Assembly: GCA_041560205.1 (NCBI GenBank)
Contig: JBFFBV010000002.1
Span: forward strand, 22,278-86,277
Direction: 5' to 3'
DNA length: 64,000 bases
Source of the DNA: Candidatus Sulfomarinibacter sp.
GTDB taxonomy: Bacteria > Acidobacteriota > Thermoanaerobaculia > Thermoanaerobaculales > Sulfomarinibacteraceae
In this document: positions 20,449 through 29,508 of the stretch, in pieces
How the letters are laid out: the number at the start of each line of letters is the position of its first letter
Position numbering within the stretch: position 1 is the stretch's first letter
Made by a program: the position numbers and the translations under genes
Notes under the pieces: model-generated
The model's database searches: none
What the model saw: only the letters and a program-made list of their open reading frames with translations
Told to the model about the DNA's origin: nothing

Positions 20449-20639
20449 CCCGCCCACCCATTCCCTCAGACACGAGATGCGAGATGCGCCCGCCATAGCC
20501 CGATCGCCGCGCGAATGGCGGGCCATGCCGTTTTCAATCTCGGATCTTGAGTCCTGGAGGCCAATTCAGGCACGGAAACGGGCACGGGCACGGGTCGAGG
20601 CGGGTTAGAATAACCGGACGCGATCAATGGGAGGTGCGG

Positions 20640-21965
20640 ATGAGCGAAGCGGCCAACTGGGACATGCTGGTCGTCGGCGGCACGGTGTTGACGATGGAGC
20701 CGGACACCGAGCCGATCAAGAACGGCGCGATTGCCGTGGCGGACGGCCGCGTCGCGGCGGTCGGCCCCGCTGAGGAGCTGCTCGAGGTCGGGCAGCCCGG
20801 CGACGTCCTCAACGCAGGCAACTGCCTCGTCCTCCCGGGTCTGGTCAACACGCACTCGCACCTCGCGATGACCCTCCTCCGTGGGATCGCGGACGACCTC
20901 CCGCTGATGCAGTGGCTCGAGAATCACATCTGGCCGGCGGAAAAGGCGCAGATGAACCGCGAAACCGTCCGCCTCGGCACCGAGCTCGCTGCTGCCGAGC
21001 AATTGCTCGCCGGGGTGACGACCACCACCGACATGTACTTTTTCGGGGACGAGGTCGCGGCGGTGCTCGCCGATGCCGGCATGCGTGCGGTTGTCGCCGA
21101 GTCGTTGATCGGCTTCCCGACGCCGCGCTGCGCCACCACCCAGGAGATGATCGACACGCAGCGCGAGCTGTTGCAGGCGTATTCGGACCACGCCCTCATC
21201 ACCCCGTCGGTCGCCGCCCACGCGCCCTACTCGGTACAGGCCTCCGATCTGGTCGCCGAAGCCGAGCTCGCCGAGGAGTTCGAAGTTCCGATGCAGATCC
21301 ACCTCTCGGAGACCGCCTGGGAGGTCGAGCAGCTCCTCGCGGAAAAGGGTCTGTCACCGGTCGCCTATCTCGCCGATCTCGGTGTTCTGTCGGAGCGCAC
21401 CGTGGCCGCACACTGTGTCCACGTCTCGCCAGAGGACATCGGCCTGCTGGCGGAGTTCGAGGCGGGTGTGTCACACAACCCGGTCAGCAACCTCAAGCTC
21501 GCCTCGGGGATCTCACCGGTACCGGCACTGATCGACGGCGGCGTCAAGCTCGGGCTCGGCACCGACGGCACCGCCTCCAACAACACCCTCGACCTGATGC
21601 GTGACATGCAGCTGGCCGCGCTGCTCCACAAGGGCACCTCCGGAGACCCCACCGTGCTGCCGGCGCGCACCATGCTCGAGATGGTCACGGTCCGCGGCGC
21701 CGAGGTCCTCGGTCTCGCCGACCACGTCGGGACACTGAGCGAGGGACGTGCGGCCGACCTCATCTGTGTGTCGGTCGACGGGCCCCACTCCGCGCCGATG
21801 TATGATCCGTTCTCACACATGGTCTTCGCCGCCAGAGCCTCCGATGTCCGGCACGTCATGGTTCGCGGTGAGGTCGTGGTCCGAAACCGGGAGCTCAAGA
21901 CGCTCGACGTGGAGCGCATCGAGGCCCAGGTGAGAGAATTCTCCGAGACCATGCGACCGAGTTGA
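20640..21965 (+). CDS. Amidohydrolase, MTA/SAH deaminase-like
   Basis: PGLVNTHSH, HAPY, IHLSET, AHCVH, HNPVSNLKLASG and GTDGTASNN motifs. Confidence 0.88.
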   Translation: MSEAANWDMLVVGGTVLTMEPDTEPIKNGAIAVADGRVAAVGPAEELLEVGQPGDVLNAGNCLVLPGLVNTHSHLAMTLLRGIADDLPLMQWLENHIWPAEKAQMNRETVRLGTELAAAEQLLAGVTTTTDMYFFGDEVAAVLADAGMRAVVAESLIGFPTPRCATTQEMIDTQRELLQAYSDHALITPSVAAHAPYSVQASDLVAEAELAEEFEVPMQIHLSETAWEVEQLLAEKGLSPVAYLADLGVLSERTVAAHCVHVSPEDIGLLAEFEAGVSHNPVSNLKLASGISPVPALIDGGVKLGLGTDGTASNNTLDLMRDMQLAALLHKGTSGDPTVLPARTMLEMVTVRGAEVLGLADHVGTLSEGRAADLICVSVDGPHSAPMYDPFSHMVFAARASDVRHVMVRGEVVVRNRELKTLDVERIEAQVREFSETMRPS

Positions 21966-21987
21966 CCGGCTCGAGAAGGAGGGAGCG

Positions 21988-22881
21988 ATGAACGAAGCAC
22001 CCAAAACGATTCTCTGCGCCACCGACTTTTCTCAGACCGCAGAGCGCGCCGGAATTTTCGCCCGCGAGCTTGCCCGGGCCTTTCAAGCGCAGTATCACCT
22101 ACTCCACGTGATTGTCATCCTGGAGGACCCCCATCTCGAGGAACGCCAACGCCAGCGGCTCGAGGAGTTGGTCGCTGCTGGCGACGAGGCCCGCCGTAGA
22201 GACCTCGAAAACGATTCGGACGGTCAACCCGGTCTCGAGGTCACACCCCACATGGTGCGAGGCCTCGCTCCAGCCGAGGTGATCGTCGAGACGGCGTCGA
22301 GCCTTTCGAGCGACCTCATCGTGATGGGAACTCACGGTCGGCGGGGTCTCTCCCACCTGCTGTTGGGCTCCGTCGCAGAACGCGTCGTTCGCACCTCCGC
22401 AATTCCCGTGCTCACCGTCCGGGCCGACGCCGACATCGAGCTGCAAGGGACGCCTCGAATCCTGGTTCCGCATGATTTCTCCGCGGCCTCGGCCGCCGCG
22501 GTCAGGACGGCAGCGTCGTGGGCTGGAACCCTGGGCGCCGAGATCACCCTCCTTCACGTGGTCGAGCCGGTTGTCTATCCGGAGTTCTACTCGGTCGACG
22601 TGCTCTCCGACGATGTGATGAAGCGACTCGTCGAACGATCGGAAAAGGCACTTCACTCCGCCGCGGTGGAGCTGCTGGGGGACACGGACGTTTCAATCAG
22701 GGTCGAGGTCGGACGTGCCGCCGACACCATCGTCGATCAAGCGCGAGCCGACGACTTCGACATCGTCATCATGTCGACGCGAGGACTTTCGGGTCTCGAA
22801 CAGGTCTTGCTCGGTTCGGTGGCCGAATCGGTGCTGCGGCGTTGCGAGGTGCCGCTGTTGGCGGTCCCAGCGGGCTCGTAA
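21988..22881 (+). CDS. Tandem-domain universal stress protein
   Basis: Two Usp domains: ILCATDFS...MGTHGRRGLSHLLLGSVAE and ILVPHDFS...LLGSVAESV. Confidence 0.93.
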   Translation: MNEAPKTILCATDFSQTAERAGIFARELARAFQAQYHLLHVIVILEDPHLEERQRQRLEELVAAGDEARRRDLENDSDGQPGLEVTPHMVRGLAPAEVIVETASSLSSDLIVMGTHGRRGLSHLLLGSVAERVVRTSAIPVLTVRADADIELQGTPRILVPHDFSAASAAAVRTAASWAGTLGAEITLLHVVEPVVYPEFYSVDVLSDDVMKRLVERSEKALHSAAVELLGDTDVSIRVEVGRAADTIVDQARADDFDIVIMSTRGLSGLEQVLLGSVAESVLRRCEVPLLAVPAGS

Positions 22882-22892
22882 TGGTGGAGGTC

Positions 22893-22973
22893 CTGCAGGG
22901 GCGAGGTATGCCCCGTCAATGTCGGTCGAAACACGGTTGACTGCACAAGAGCGGCATCGTGCCGCCCTTGCAG
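22893..22973. repeat. Degenerate GTAG-type REP doublet
   Basis: ctGCAGGGGCGAGGTATGCCCCGTC ... GAGCGGCATCGTGCCGCCCTTGCag: two inverted short palindromes between convergent genes. Confidence 0.5.
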
Positions 22974-22989
22974 CACGCTCATCGCGCAG

Positions 22990-23559
22990 TCACGATTGAG
23001 GTCGGTTGAAGACGTTCATCGCGCGCTCGAACCCCCCCCGCAACGCCGCGTCAACGGTGTCGGCGGCCCGCGAGATGGCCATGGCGGCGGTCTCGACCTC
23101 AGGGGCCGCGAACGGCGACAGCACGTAGTCGGCCAGGTCACCCGACATCTCGCTGCCCCGAACCCCGACGCGCAGGCGCGGGAAGCGGGTGCCAATCGCC
23201 CGGCACAGATCGCGGAGCCCATTGTGGGTCCCGGGACCGCCGGAACGCCGGAGGCGAAGGCGGGCTAGCGGCAGATCGACGTCGTCGACCACGACCAACA
23301 TCTGCTCGGGCGCAACCCCGAACTCGTCCAGCAACCACCGGGCCGCCTCTCCAGACCTGTTCATGAAGGTCGTGGGCCGGGCCAGCACCACCAGACGACC
23401 GACCGAGACCACGGCAAGGTCGCACAACGGTCGATCGAGCCACTCGGTCATTCCGCGGCGCTCGAGCACCTCATCGAGCACGCGAAAGCCGACGTTGTGG
23501 CGGGTCGTGGCGTACTCGTCCCCGGGGTTGCCCAATCCGAGAACCAGGTCGATGGCCAT
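22990..23559 (-). CDS. pth: Peptidyl-tRNA hydrolase
   Basis: GLGNPG..Y..TRHNVGF, PTTFMNRSG and HNGL motifs. Confidence 0.96.
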   Translation of the reverse strand: MAIDLVLGLGNPGDEYATTRHNVGFRVLDEVLERRGMTEWLDRPLCDLAVVSVGRLVVLARPTTFMNRSGEAARWLLDEFGVAPEQMLVVVDDVDLPLARLRLRRSGGPGTHNGLRDLCRAIGTRFPRLRVGVRGSEMSGDLADYVLSPFAAPEVETAAMAISRAADTVDAALRGGFERAMNVFNRPQS

Positions 23560-23592
23560 CGTCGAGGGGTGTCGCCCCGAATCTGGCAGGGG

Positions 23593-24294
23593 TTACTCGC
23601 CCTTCTCGCCCTCGCCCTCGTCCTCACCCTTGCCCTTGCCGATGACCTCCGGCTCGGCGGCCTCGGAGATGACAGCCTCTTCCTCGGCCAACTCTTCCTC
23701 GACAAGCTCTTCGACGATCCGTGGGGTCTCGACGACCACCACCACCCGATTCTCGTCCTCGAGGAATTTCGCGTTCTCGGGCAGCTGTGGCACGAGGTCG
23801 GCGACCGTCATGTGCTCACCGACCTCGAGATTGCTGATGTCGAGCACGAACTTGTCGAACATCTCCCGCGGAAGGATCTCGATCTCGAGATCGCGTGACA
23901 CGAAATCGATGCGGCCACCGTGACGCACACCCACGCAGTCGCCCTGGAGCTCGACCGGCATCTTGACCGTCAGCTTGTGGCCGCGGGTGATCCGAATGAA
24001 ATCGATGTGGATGAAATTGCCGCTGATCGGATCGGTCTGCAGCTCCTTGATCATCGCCAGTCGCTCTTCATCGGTGCCCGCGAGCTTGAGCAGGAAGATC
24101 GTGTTCTCGCCTGCCGCACCCTTGAGGATCTCCTTGACTGCATGCTCGTCGACCGAGATGGCCACCGGGGGCTTGTCGCCGCCGTACAAAACAGAGGGCA
24201 CTCTGCCCTGATGACGCATTCTCCCGGCCTCGCCCGAGCCTCGCCCCTCGCGAGCCTCAACCGTAATCATTATTTCTGGAGTCTGAATTGCCAT
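23593..24294 (-). CDS. rplY: 50S ribosomal protein L25/Ctc
   Basis: GRVPSVLYG and HIDF motifs with acidic tail; lies between prs and pth. Confidence 0.93.
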   Translation of the reverse strand: MAIQTPEIMITVEAREGRGSGEAGRMRHQGRVPSVLYGGDKPPVAISVDEHAVKEILKGAAGENTIFLLKLAGTDEERLAMIKELQTDPISGNFIHIDFIRITRGHKLTVKMPVELQGDCVGVRHGGRIDFVSRDLEIEILPREMFDKFVLDISNLEVGEHMTVADLVPQLPENAKFLEDENRVVVVVETPRIVEELVEEELAEEEAVISEAAEPEVIGKGKGEDEGEGEKGE

Positions 24295-24321
24295 GAATCT
24301 CTCCCTATGATTTCTTGCCGT

Positions 24322-25269
24322 CTATACGAACAGGCTCGACACCGATGCGCCTTCGTGAATTCGGCGAATTGCCTCTCCGAGAAGCACGGCCAACGACAGC
24401 TGCTCCACCTTGGGGCAGGTCTTGGCCTCTTCGCTGAGAGCGATCGTGTCGGTCACCATCACCTTTTCGAGAGGTGAAGCGTTGATTCTGTCGATGGCCG
24501 GTCCGGAAAACACCGGATGGACTCCGGTCGCGTAGACCGAGCGCGCTCCGCGTTCGATCAGCGCTTCCGCCGAGTGGACCAGAGTTCCGGCGGTATCGAT
24601 GATGTCGTCGACGATGACGCAGTCACAGCCTTCGACATTTCCAATGACGTTCATGATCTCGGCGCGGTTCGCCTCCGGCCGGCGTTTGTCCATGATCGCC
24701 AGATCGACCTTGAGGCGCTTGGCGAATGCGCGCGCCCGTTCGACGCCACCCGCGTCCGGGGACACCAGCATGGGCTTGGATAGCGACTTGCGCCGGATCG
24801 CCTCGATCAGCACCGGCGCCGCATACAGGTGGTCCACCGGGATGTCGAAGAAGCCCTGGATCTGGGCGGCGTGAAGGTCAATCGTCAGCACCCGGCCGGC
24901 GCCGGCAGTCGTGATCAGGTTCGCAACCAGCTTGGCCGTGATGGGGACTCGCGGAGCGTCTTTTCGATCCTGCCGCGCATAGCCCATGTACGGGATCACC
25001 ACGCAGACCCTCGTCGGGGACGCCCGGCGAAGGGCGTCGAGCATGATCAGCAGCTCCATCAGGTTTTCGTTGGGTGGCGAGCCCGTGGGCTGAACGATGA
25101 ACACGTCCGCTCCGCGCGCGTTCTCTTCGATCTGGCAGTAGAGCTCGCCATCGGAGAAGTTGCCGAGACGCATCCTCCCCATCTCGATCTGCAGGTAGCC
25201 GCAGATCGACTCGGTCAGCGCCGGGTTGGCGCGACCCGAGAAGACCAACAGTGGCGATTCCCTCAACAT
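24322..25269 (-). CDS. prs: Ribose-phosphate pyrophosphokinase
   Basis: FSDGE, YARQDRK, DLHAAQIQGFF, SPDAGGV and DDIIDTAGT motifs. Confidence 0.97.
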   Translation of the reverse strand: MLRESPLLVFSGRANPALTESICGYLQIEMGRMRLGNFSDGELYCQIEENARGADVFIVQPTGSPPNENLMELLIMLDALRRASPTRVCVVIPYMGYARQDRKDAPRVPITAKLVANLITTAGAGRVLTIDLHAAQIQGFFDIPVDHLYAAPVLIEAIRRKSLSKPMLVSPDAGGVERARAFAKRLKVDLAIMDKRRPEANRAEIMNVIGNVEGCDCVIVDDIIDTAGTLVHSAEALIERGARSVYATGVHPVFSGPAIDRINASPLEKVMVTDTIALSEEAKTCPKVEQLSLAVLLGEAIRRIHEGASVSSLFV

Positions 25270-25281
25270 GCTGCCATCCCG

Positions 25282-25356
25282 TGGCTGGGGCGGCAGGATT
25301 CGAACCTGCGAATGCCGGTTCCAAAGACCGGTGGCTTACCGCTTGCCGACGCCCCA
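25282..25356 (-). tRNA. tRNA-Gln(TTG)
   Basis: Minus strand TGGGGCGTCGGCAAGCGGTAAGCCACCGGTCTTTGGAACCGGCATTCGCAGGTTCGAATCCTGCCGCCCCAGCCA: cloverleaf, anticodon TTG, encoded CCA. TATACT -10 box lies upstream. Confidence 0.96.
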
Positions 25357-25433
25357 AGCGCCGCAGAGTATACAGGATGAGACATTGATCTCATCTTTCG
25401 CAACTCCAAAACAACGGCCTGTTCGTTGCGGAT

Positions 25434-25832
25434 TCACTTCTTGTCGTCATCGACCGAGGGGGCATCGCTCGTCCAGAACTCTTCATTGAAGAGCCTGGCG
25501 GAAAGCCGGTCCAGCACCGACGTCCTCGTCTCCTTGTCATCCGCTCCACGCTTGCCACGATCTCCAACCACCCGGCTCTGTCTGGCGGATTCATACTCTT
25601 CCAGGACACACCGCTCGATCTGTTCCCTGGTTTCGCCGTTGAGCGGGTGAGCGATGTCGCGCATCTGACCATTTCGCGTCTTGCGGGCCGGCATCGTCAC
25701 GAAGACCTGGCCCTCGCGGCCCTCGATGACCCGCAGATCGTTGACGATGAAACAGTCGTCGAACACGACGCTGGCAAAGGCGCGAACCTTGCCGCCCTTT
25801 GCCGGACTGATACGCACTTCGGTCACATTCAT
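25434..25832 (-). CDS. spoVG: SpoVG family nucleic-acid-binding protein
   Basis: MNVTEVRI...VRAFASVVFDDCFIVNDLRVIEG...FVTMP...DIAHPLN.ETR. Confidence 0.92.
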   Translation of the reverse strand: MNVTEVRISPAKGGKVRAFASVVFDDCFIVNDLRVIEGREGQVFVTMPARKTRNGQMRDIAHPLNGETREQIERCVLEEYESARQSRVVGDRGKRGADDKETRTSVLDRLSARLFNEEFWTSDAPSVDDDKK

Positions 25833-26737
25833 TCGAAGTCCTCCTGACCCTCACATCGCGCCACGATGGGGCGCCCTTTTTCGCGGCCAATGGTCGATAC
25901 CACGTTCACACTCCAAGGTCCCTTCACACCCTCCGCCGCGACCCGTGCCGCCCCGAGGTCCGGGAAGACGGCGACCGAAGCCCCCCCTGATCCGGTGACG
26001 GCGGAGTACAGCGGACCCGCAGCCTCGAGTCTATCCAAGGCTCGACCCACTTGCGGCCATCTCTCGATGACGACCGGTTCGAGATCGTTTCCGAAATCTC
26101 CCCACGGCGGGGCTCCCGAATACGTCACGAAGGCGTCCACCCTAGCGTTCGGTTCCGACCAGGTCAACCGCGATCGTTCCGAGTAAAGGCTGTAGACCTC
26201 GCCGGTGGCAACCTCGATCGGCGGTGTGCACACGACCACACCGAAATGACCCAGATCAGGCAGGGGCTGGACGGTCTCACCTCGCCCAGAGGCGATCGCC
26301 AGGCCGCCGACGAGGAAAAACGGCACGTCCGAACCAAGATTGATTGCCAGGTTCATCAGCTCATCCGGCCCGAGCTTCAAGCCCCAAAGCGCGTCGAGCA
26401 GCACCAATGTCGAAGCGGCATCCGACGAGCCGCCACCGAGACCGGCAGCGACGGGAATCTGCTTCGCCAGCTCGATTCTCGCTCCGACCGAGGCTCCAGA
26501 ATGACGAGCGAGAGCCTCGGCGGCCCGCGTGACGAGATTGCCTCCATCTGGGGGTAGGATGCCGGCAGGTTGGACGACGAGTTCGAGGACACCCGGCGGT
26601 GCCGGTTCGGCAGCGAGCCGGTCACAGAGATCGATCGTTTGGAGAACGGTCCGAAGCTCGTGGTACCCGTCCGCTCGCCTCCCCACCACCTGGAGGTGAA
26701 GATTCACCTTCGCGCAGGCGGCAACGGTGAGTCTCAT
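25829..26737 (-). CDS. ispE: 4-diphosphocytidyl-2-C-methyl-D-erythritol kinase
   Basis: AKVNLHL, DGYHEL, KQIPVAAGLGGGSSDAA, GSDVPFF and NDLE motifs. Confidence 0.95.
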   Translation of the reverse strand: MRLTVAACAKVNLHLQVVGRRADGYHELRTVLQTIDLCDRLAAEPAPPGVLELVVQPAGILPPDGGNLVTRAAEALARHSGASVGARIELAKQIPVAAGLGGGSSDAASTLVLLDALWGLKLGPDELMNLAINLGSDVPFFLVGGLAIASGRGETVQPLPDLGHFGVVVCTPPIEVATGEVYSLYSERSRLTWSEPNARVDAFVTYSGAPPWGDFGNDLEPVVIERWPQVGRALDRLEAAGPLYSAVTGSGGASVAVFPDLGAARVAAEGVKGPWSVNVVSTIGREKGRPIVARCEGQEDFE

Positions 26738-27474
26738 GCATCGGGCTCGAGGACGCACAGCGGAAGGTCTGGCAGCCTCGGCAGCTCGGCACCGTCGTTC
26801 CACTCCAGCCGCACGAGCTCGAGTTCGGCCCACCGTCCATCACGGTTCTCGACTCTGATCGAGCCGGGGACGGAGAGGCTGTGGCCGCTCAGATCGAGCC
26901 GCCATCCGCCATCTCGGCCGCCAGCTTCCTCGACCGAGACCACCCGCCAGGGGTCAGCGGCCACCGTGATTCGCGCCGACCACCCTCGACCCTCGACGAG
27001 AATGCTCCCGTCCTCGCGGCCGGAAAGCTCGTCATCCCCAGTCGCCGGCAGCCGGCCGGTCAACAACAGCACCGCCTGCGGCAGCGGCATCGCGCCAACG
27101 CCGAGGACCAGCTCGAGATCGGCTGTGTCGAGTCGACATCCTTCCCGCAGATCGAAAAAGGTCGTCGGTCGGGAGCCGGCCCACGCCGTCAGAGAAACCG
27201 CGGACCCGAATGGTTCGGACACCGTCAGCCGCCCCGCGTCGCCGCTGGTCAAAAGGCCCATTCGCAACCCACCCGACGAAGCGACCCGCAGACGGTAGAG
27301 GGCCGCCGGATCACCCGACAGCGGTCGCCGCAGCCGCTCGATCGCCGCCTCAACATCTTCTGGAGCGATCGTCGGAAGCGTCGAGCGGCAGCCAACGACC
27401 GAGCCTGCGACCAGTGAGGACACCACGATCCACATCGCTATCCGCAAACTCGCGTGGTGATTAAGGATTCTCAT
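26734..27474 (-). CDS. Putative lipoprotein, syntenic with lolB
   Basis: Hydrophobic signal ending VVG-C lipobox, PFG motif and beta-rich body; lies between a TPR gene and ispE with overlapping start/stop codons. Confidence 0.65.
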   Translation of the reverse strand: MRILNHHASLRIAMWIVVSSLVAGSVVGCRSTLPTIAPEDVEAAIERLRRPLSGDPAALYRLRVASSGGLRMGLLTSGDAGRLTVSEPFGSAVSLTAWAGSRPTTFFDLREGCRLDTADLELVLGVGAMPLPQAVLLLTGRLPATGDDELSGREDGSILVEGRGWSARITVAADPWRVVSVEEAGGRDGGWRLDLSGHSLSVPGSIRVENRDGRWAELELVRLEWNDGAELPRLPDLPLCVLEPDA

Positions 27475-29374
27475 CGTCGGTGCGTTCGAGGAGCGACCGC
27501 ACGTGGTCGGGATCGTCGCAGCCCATATCGAGCCCGAGCAGCAGATATCGGCGTCCCTCGTCCATTTGACCGCCGACCACGAGCACCTCGCCGAGATGAC
27601 AATAGATGGTGCCGTCTCCGAGGTCGCCACCGAGGTCGACTGCGCGCCGCAACCACCGTTCGGCCTCCTCGAGATCCCCTAGCCGAAAATGGACCCATCC
27701 CAGGCTATCGAGATAGGCCGAGTTCTCCGGGTCGAGCGCAACCGCCCGGGCGATCAGCTCGAGGGCTTCTTCGAGGTGCATTTCACGGTCCGCCCACATA
27801 TATCCCAGATAGTTGGCCGCGTTGGCGTCGTTGGGCTCGTCTTCGACGAGCTTGCGAAACAGGCTCGCCGACTCGTCCACCTGATCGAGGCGCTCCAACG
27901 CGGCCGCACGGGTGAACACGAGGTTTCTTTCGTCACCGAAGCGCTCGATCGCCTGAGCGGATTCACGATCGACCTCTCGCCATCGCTCTACCGCTTGGAG
28001 GACCTGCAGGCCCGTCAGCACATTCTCGATCCCTTCATCATCGAGCAGTGGACGCAGCCGTCTCCAGGCCCTGGGATCACCTGTCCTGAGACGGAACTCG
28101 GCCTCGATCGCCTCGGCCTCGGTCCGCGCCCGGCCGCTCGCCGAAGGTTGGAGCCGCACCATCGCGGCGATGCCGTCCTGCCACTGCTCATCTCGGCGGA
28201 AGGTTTCGGCAAGCAGCCGGACGTAGTCGACTCCGGCCTCCCCAGCGTCGTCCAGGCGATCGAGCCACTCCCTCGCCACCAACGGGTTGTCGGCGATCAG
28301 CTCGAGCCGCGCTGCGGTCAGGGCACACCTCACGGCATCCCGTGAATCGGCGGATTTCGAGACCTGCTCCCAGGCCCGGTCGAGCCACTCCCGTCCCTTC
28401 TTGAGGTTTCCCGTGCGACTCGTGGACCAGGCCATGGCAAGCATCAGATCGACGTCGTTCGGGTTCTTGCGCAGCAGACGCTGCAGCCGGGCCACAGCCT
28501 CGCCGTGCCGACCAAGAGACGAAAGGAGGTGCGCTTCCAGTGTCTGAGCCCTGATCGAGTCCGGAGCCTTGAGCAGCACGTGCTGCACCGTTTCCAGGCT
28601 CCGCTCGAAGCGGCCACCCTCCCACAGCAGAGCTGCCGCGCGCATCAGCGAATCCAGATTCGAGTCATCGAGCCAGGCCAGCATCAGCTCGCCAGCCTCG
28701 CCCGGGCGATCGAGCTCGACCAGAAGCTCGACGAGCTTTTCGCGGCACGACGCCGCGGAAGGGCCGCCGACCGCACACGAGGCGTAAAGCTCCACGGCCT
28801 CCTCCGTGCGATCGGTCGCGCGCAACAGATCGGCGTGCATCGCTTCGAGGCGAGGATTGCCCGGTCGTCCCTGCCGCAAACCCGCGATGATCTCTTCCGC
28901 TTCCGCGGTCTTGTTTTGGCGCTGCAACACCTGTGCGAGCGAGAACTGGAGGTTGGGATCGCCCGGGTTGCTGTCGATCGCGGATCGGAGGGCGGATTCG
29001 GTCCGCACCAGGAGCTCCGGGCTGCGCAGCGAGAGCTGCGTCAGAGCCAAAGCACGGATGCGGAGACCTTCCGGGCCCGGTTCCTCTGCCCCTTCGAGGA
29101 TATCGACCGCCTTCTTCGCCATACCGACATCGACCAGGAAGTTGGCATACGCGAGGCGGATCTCGTTGACCTCCGGAGCCGCCTTGACGGCCCGCTCATA
29201 GGCTTCCATGGCCTCCCGAAACCGGCCCTGAGTTTCGAGAATCCGGGCCTCGAGATATTGTTCGAGACCCTTCGGCAGGGCGGCGCCCTGATCCTCGGGC
29301 GCAGCCCCAGCCAGGGCCACTGTTGCGGTGGCGAGCATGATTGCAGCCAGTGCCAGGAGCTTCTTCGTCATCAT
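27461..29374 (-). CDS. Exported tetratricopeptide-repeat protein
   Basis: Signal peptide and multiple TPRs (NYLGYMWAD...AYLDSLGWVHFRLG). Confidence 0.88.
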   Translation of the reverse strand: MMTKKLLALAAIMLATATVALAGAAPEDQGAALPKGLEQYLEARILETQGRFREAMEAYERAVKAAPEVNEIRLAYANFLVDVGMAKKAVDILEGAEEPGPEGLRIRALALTQLSLRSPELLVRTESALRSAIDSNPGDPNLQFSLAQVLQRQNKTAEAEEIIAGLRQGRPGNPRLEAMHADLLRATDRTEEAVELYASCAVGGPSAASCREKLVELLVELDRPGEAGELMLAWLDDSNLDSLMRAAALLWEGGRFERSLETVQHVLLKAPDSIRAQTLEAHLLSSLGRHGEAVARLQRLLRKNPNDVDLMLAMAWSTSRTGNLKKGREWLDRAWEQVSKSADSRDAVRCALTAARLELIADNPLVAREWLDRLDDAGEAGVDYVRLLAETFRRDEQWQDGIAAMVRLQPSASGRARTEAEAIEAEFRLRTGDPRAWRRLRPLLDDEGIENVLTGLQVLQAVERWREVDRESAQAIERFGDERNLVFTRAAALERLDQVDESASLFRKLVEDEPNDANAANYLGYMWADREMHLEEALELIARAVALDPENSAYLDSLGWVHFRLGDLEEAERWLRRAVDLGGDLGDGTIYCHLGEVLVVGGQMDEGRRYLLLGLDMGCDDPDHVRSLLERTDDENP

Positions 29375-29508
29375 CGATCCACTTCGAATCCGCCGCGAGC
29401 GGCGGCGCACGACGCCTTTCGAAGCATGCAATCACGAGTGTACCCCGTATTGTTCCCATTCCCACCGATTCAACGGTTCATCGCCCCCGTCTGTTAGAAT
29501 CCCCGCCG

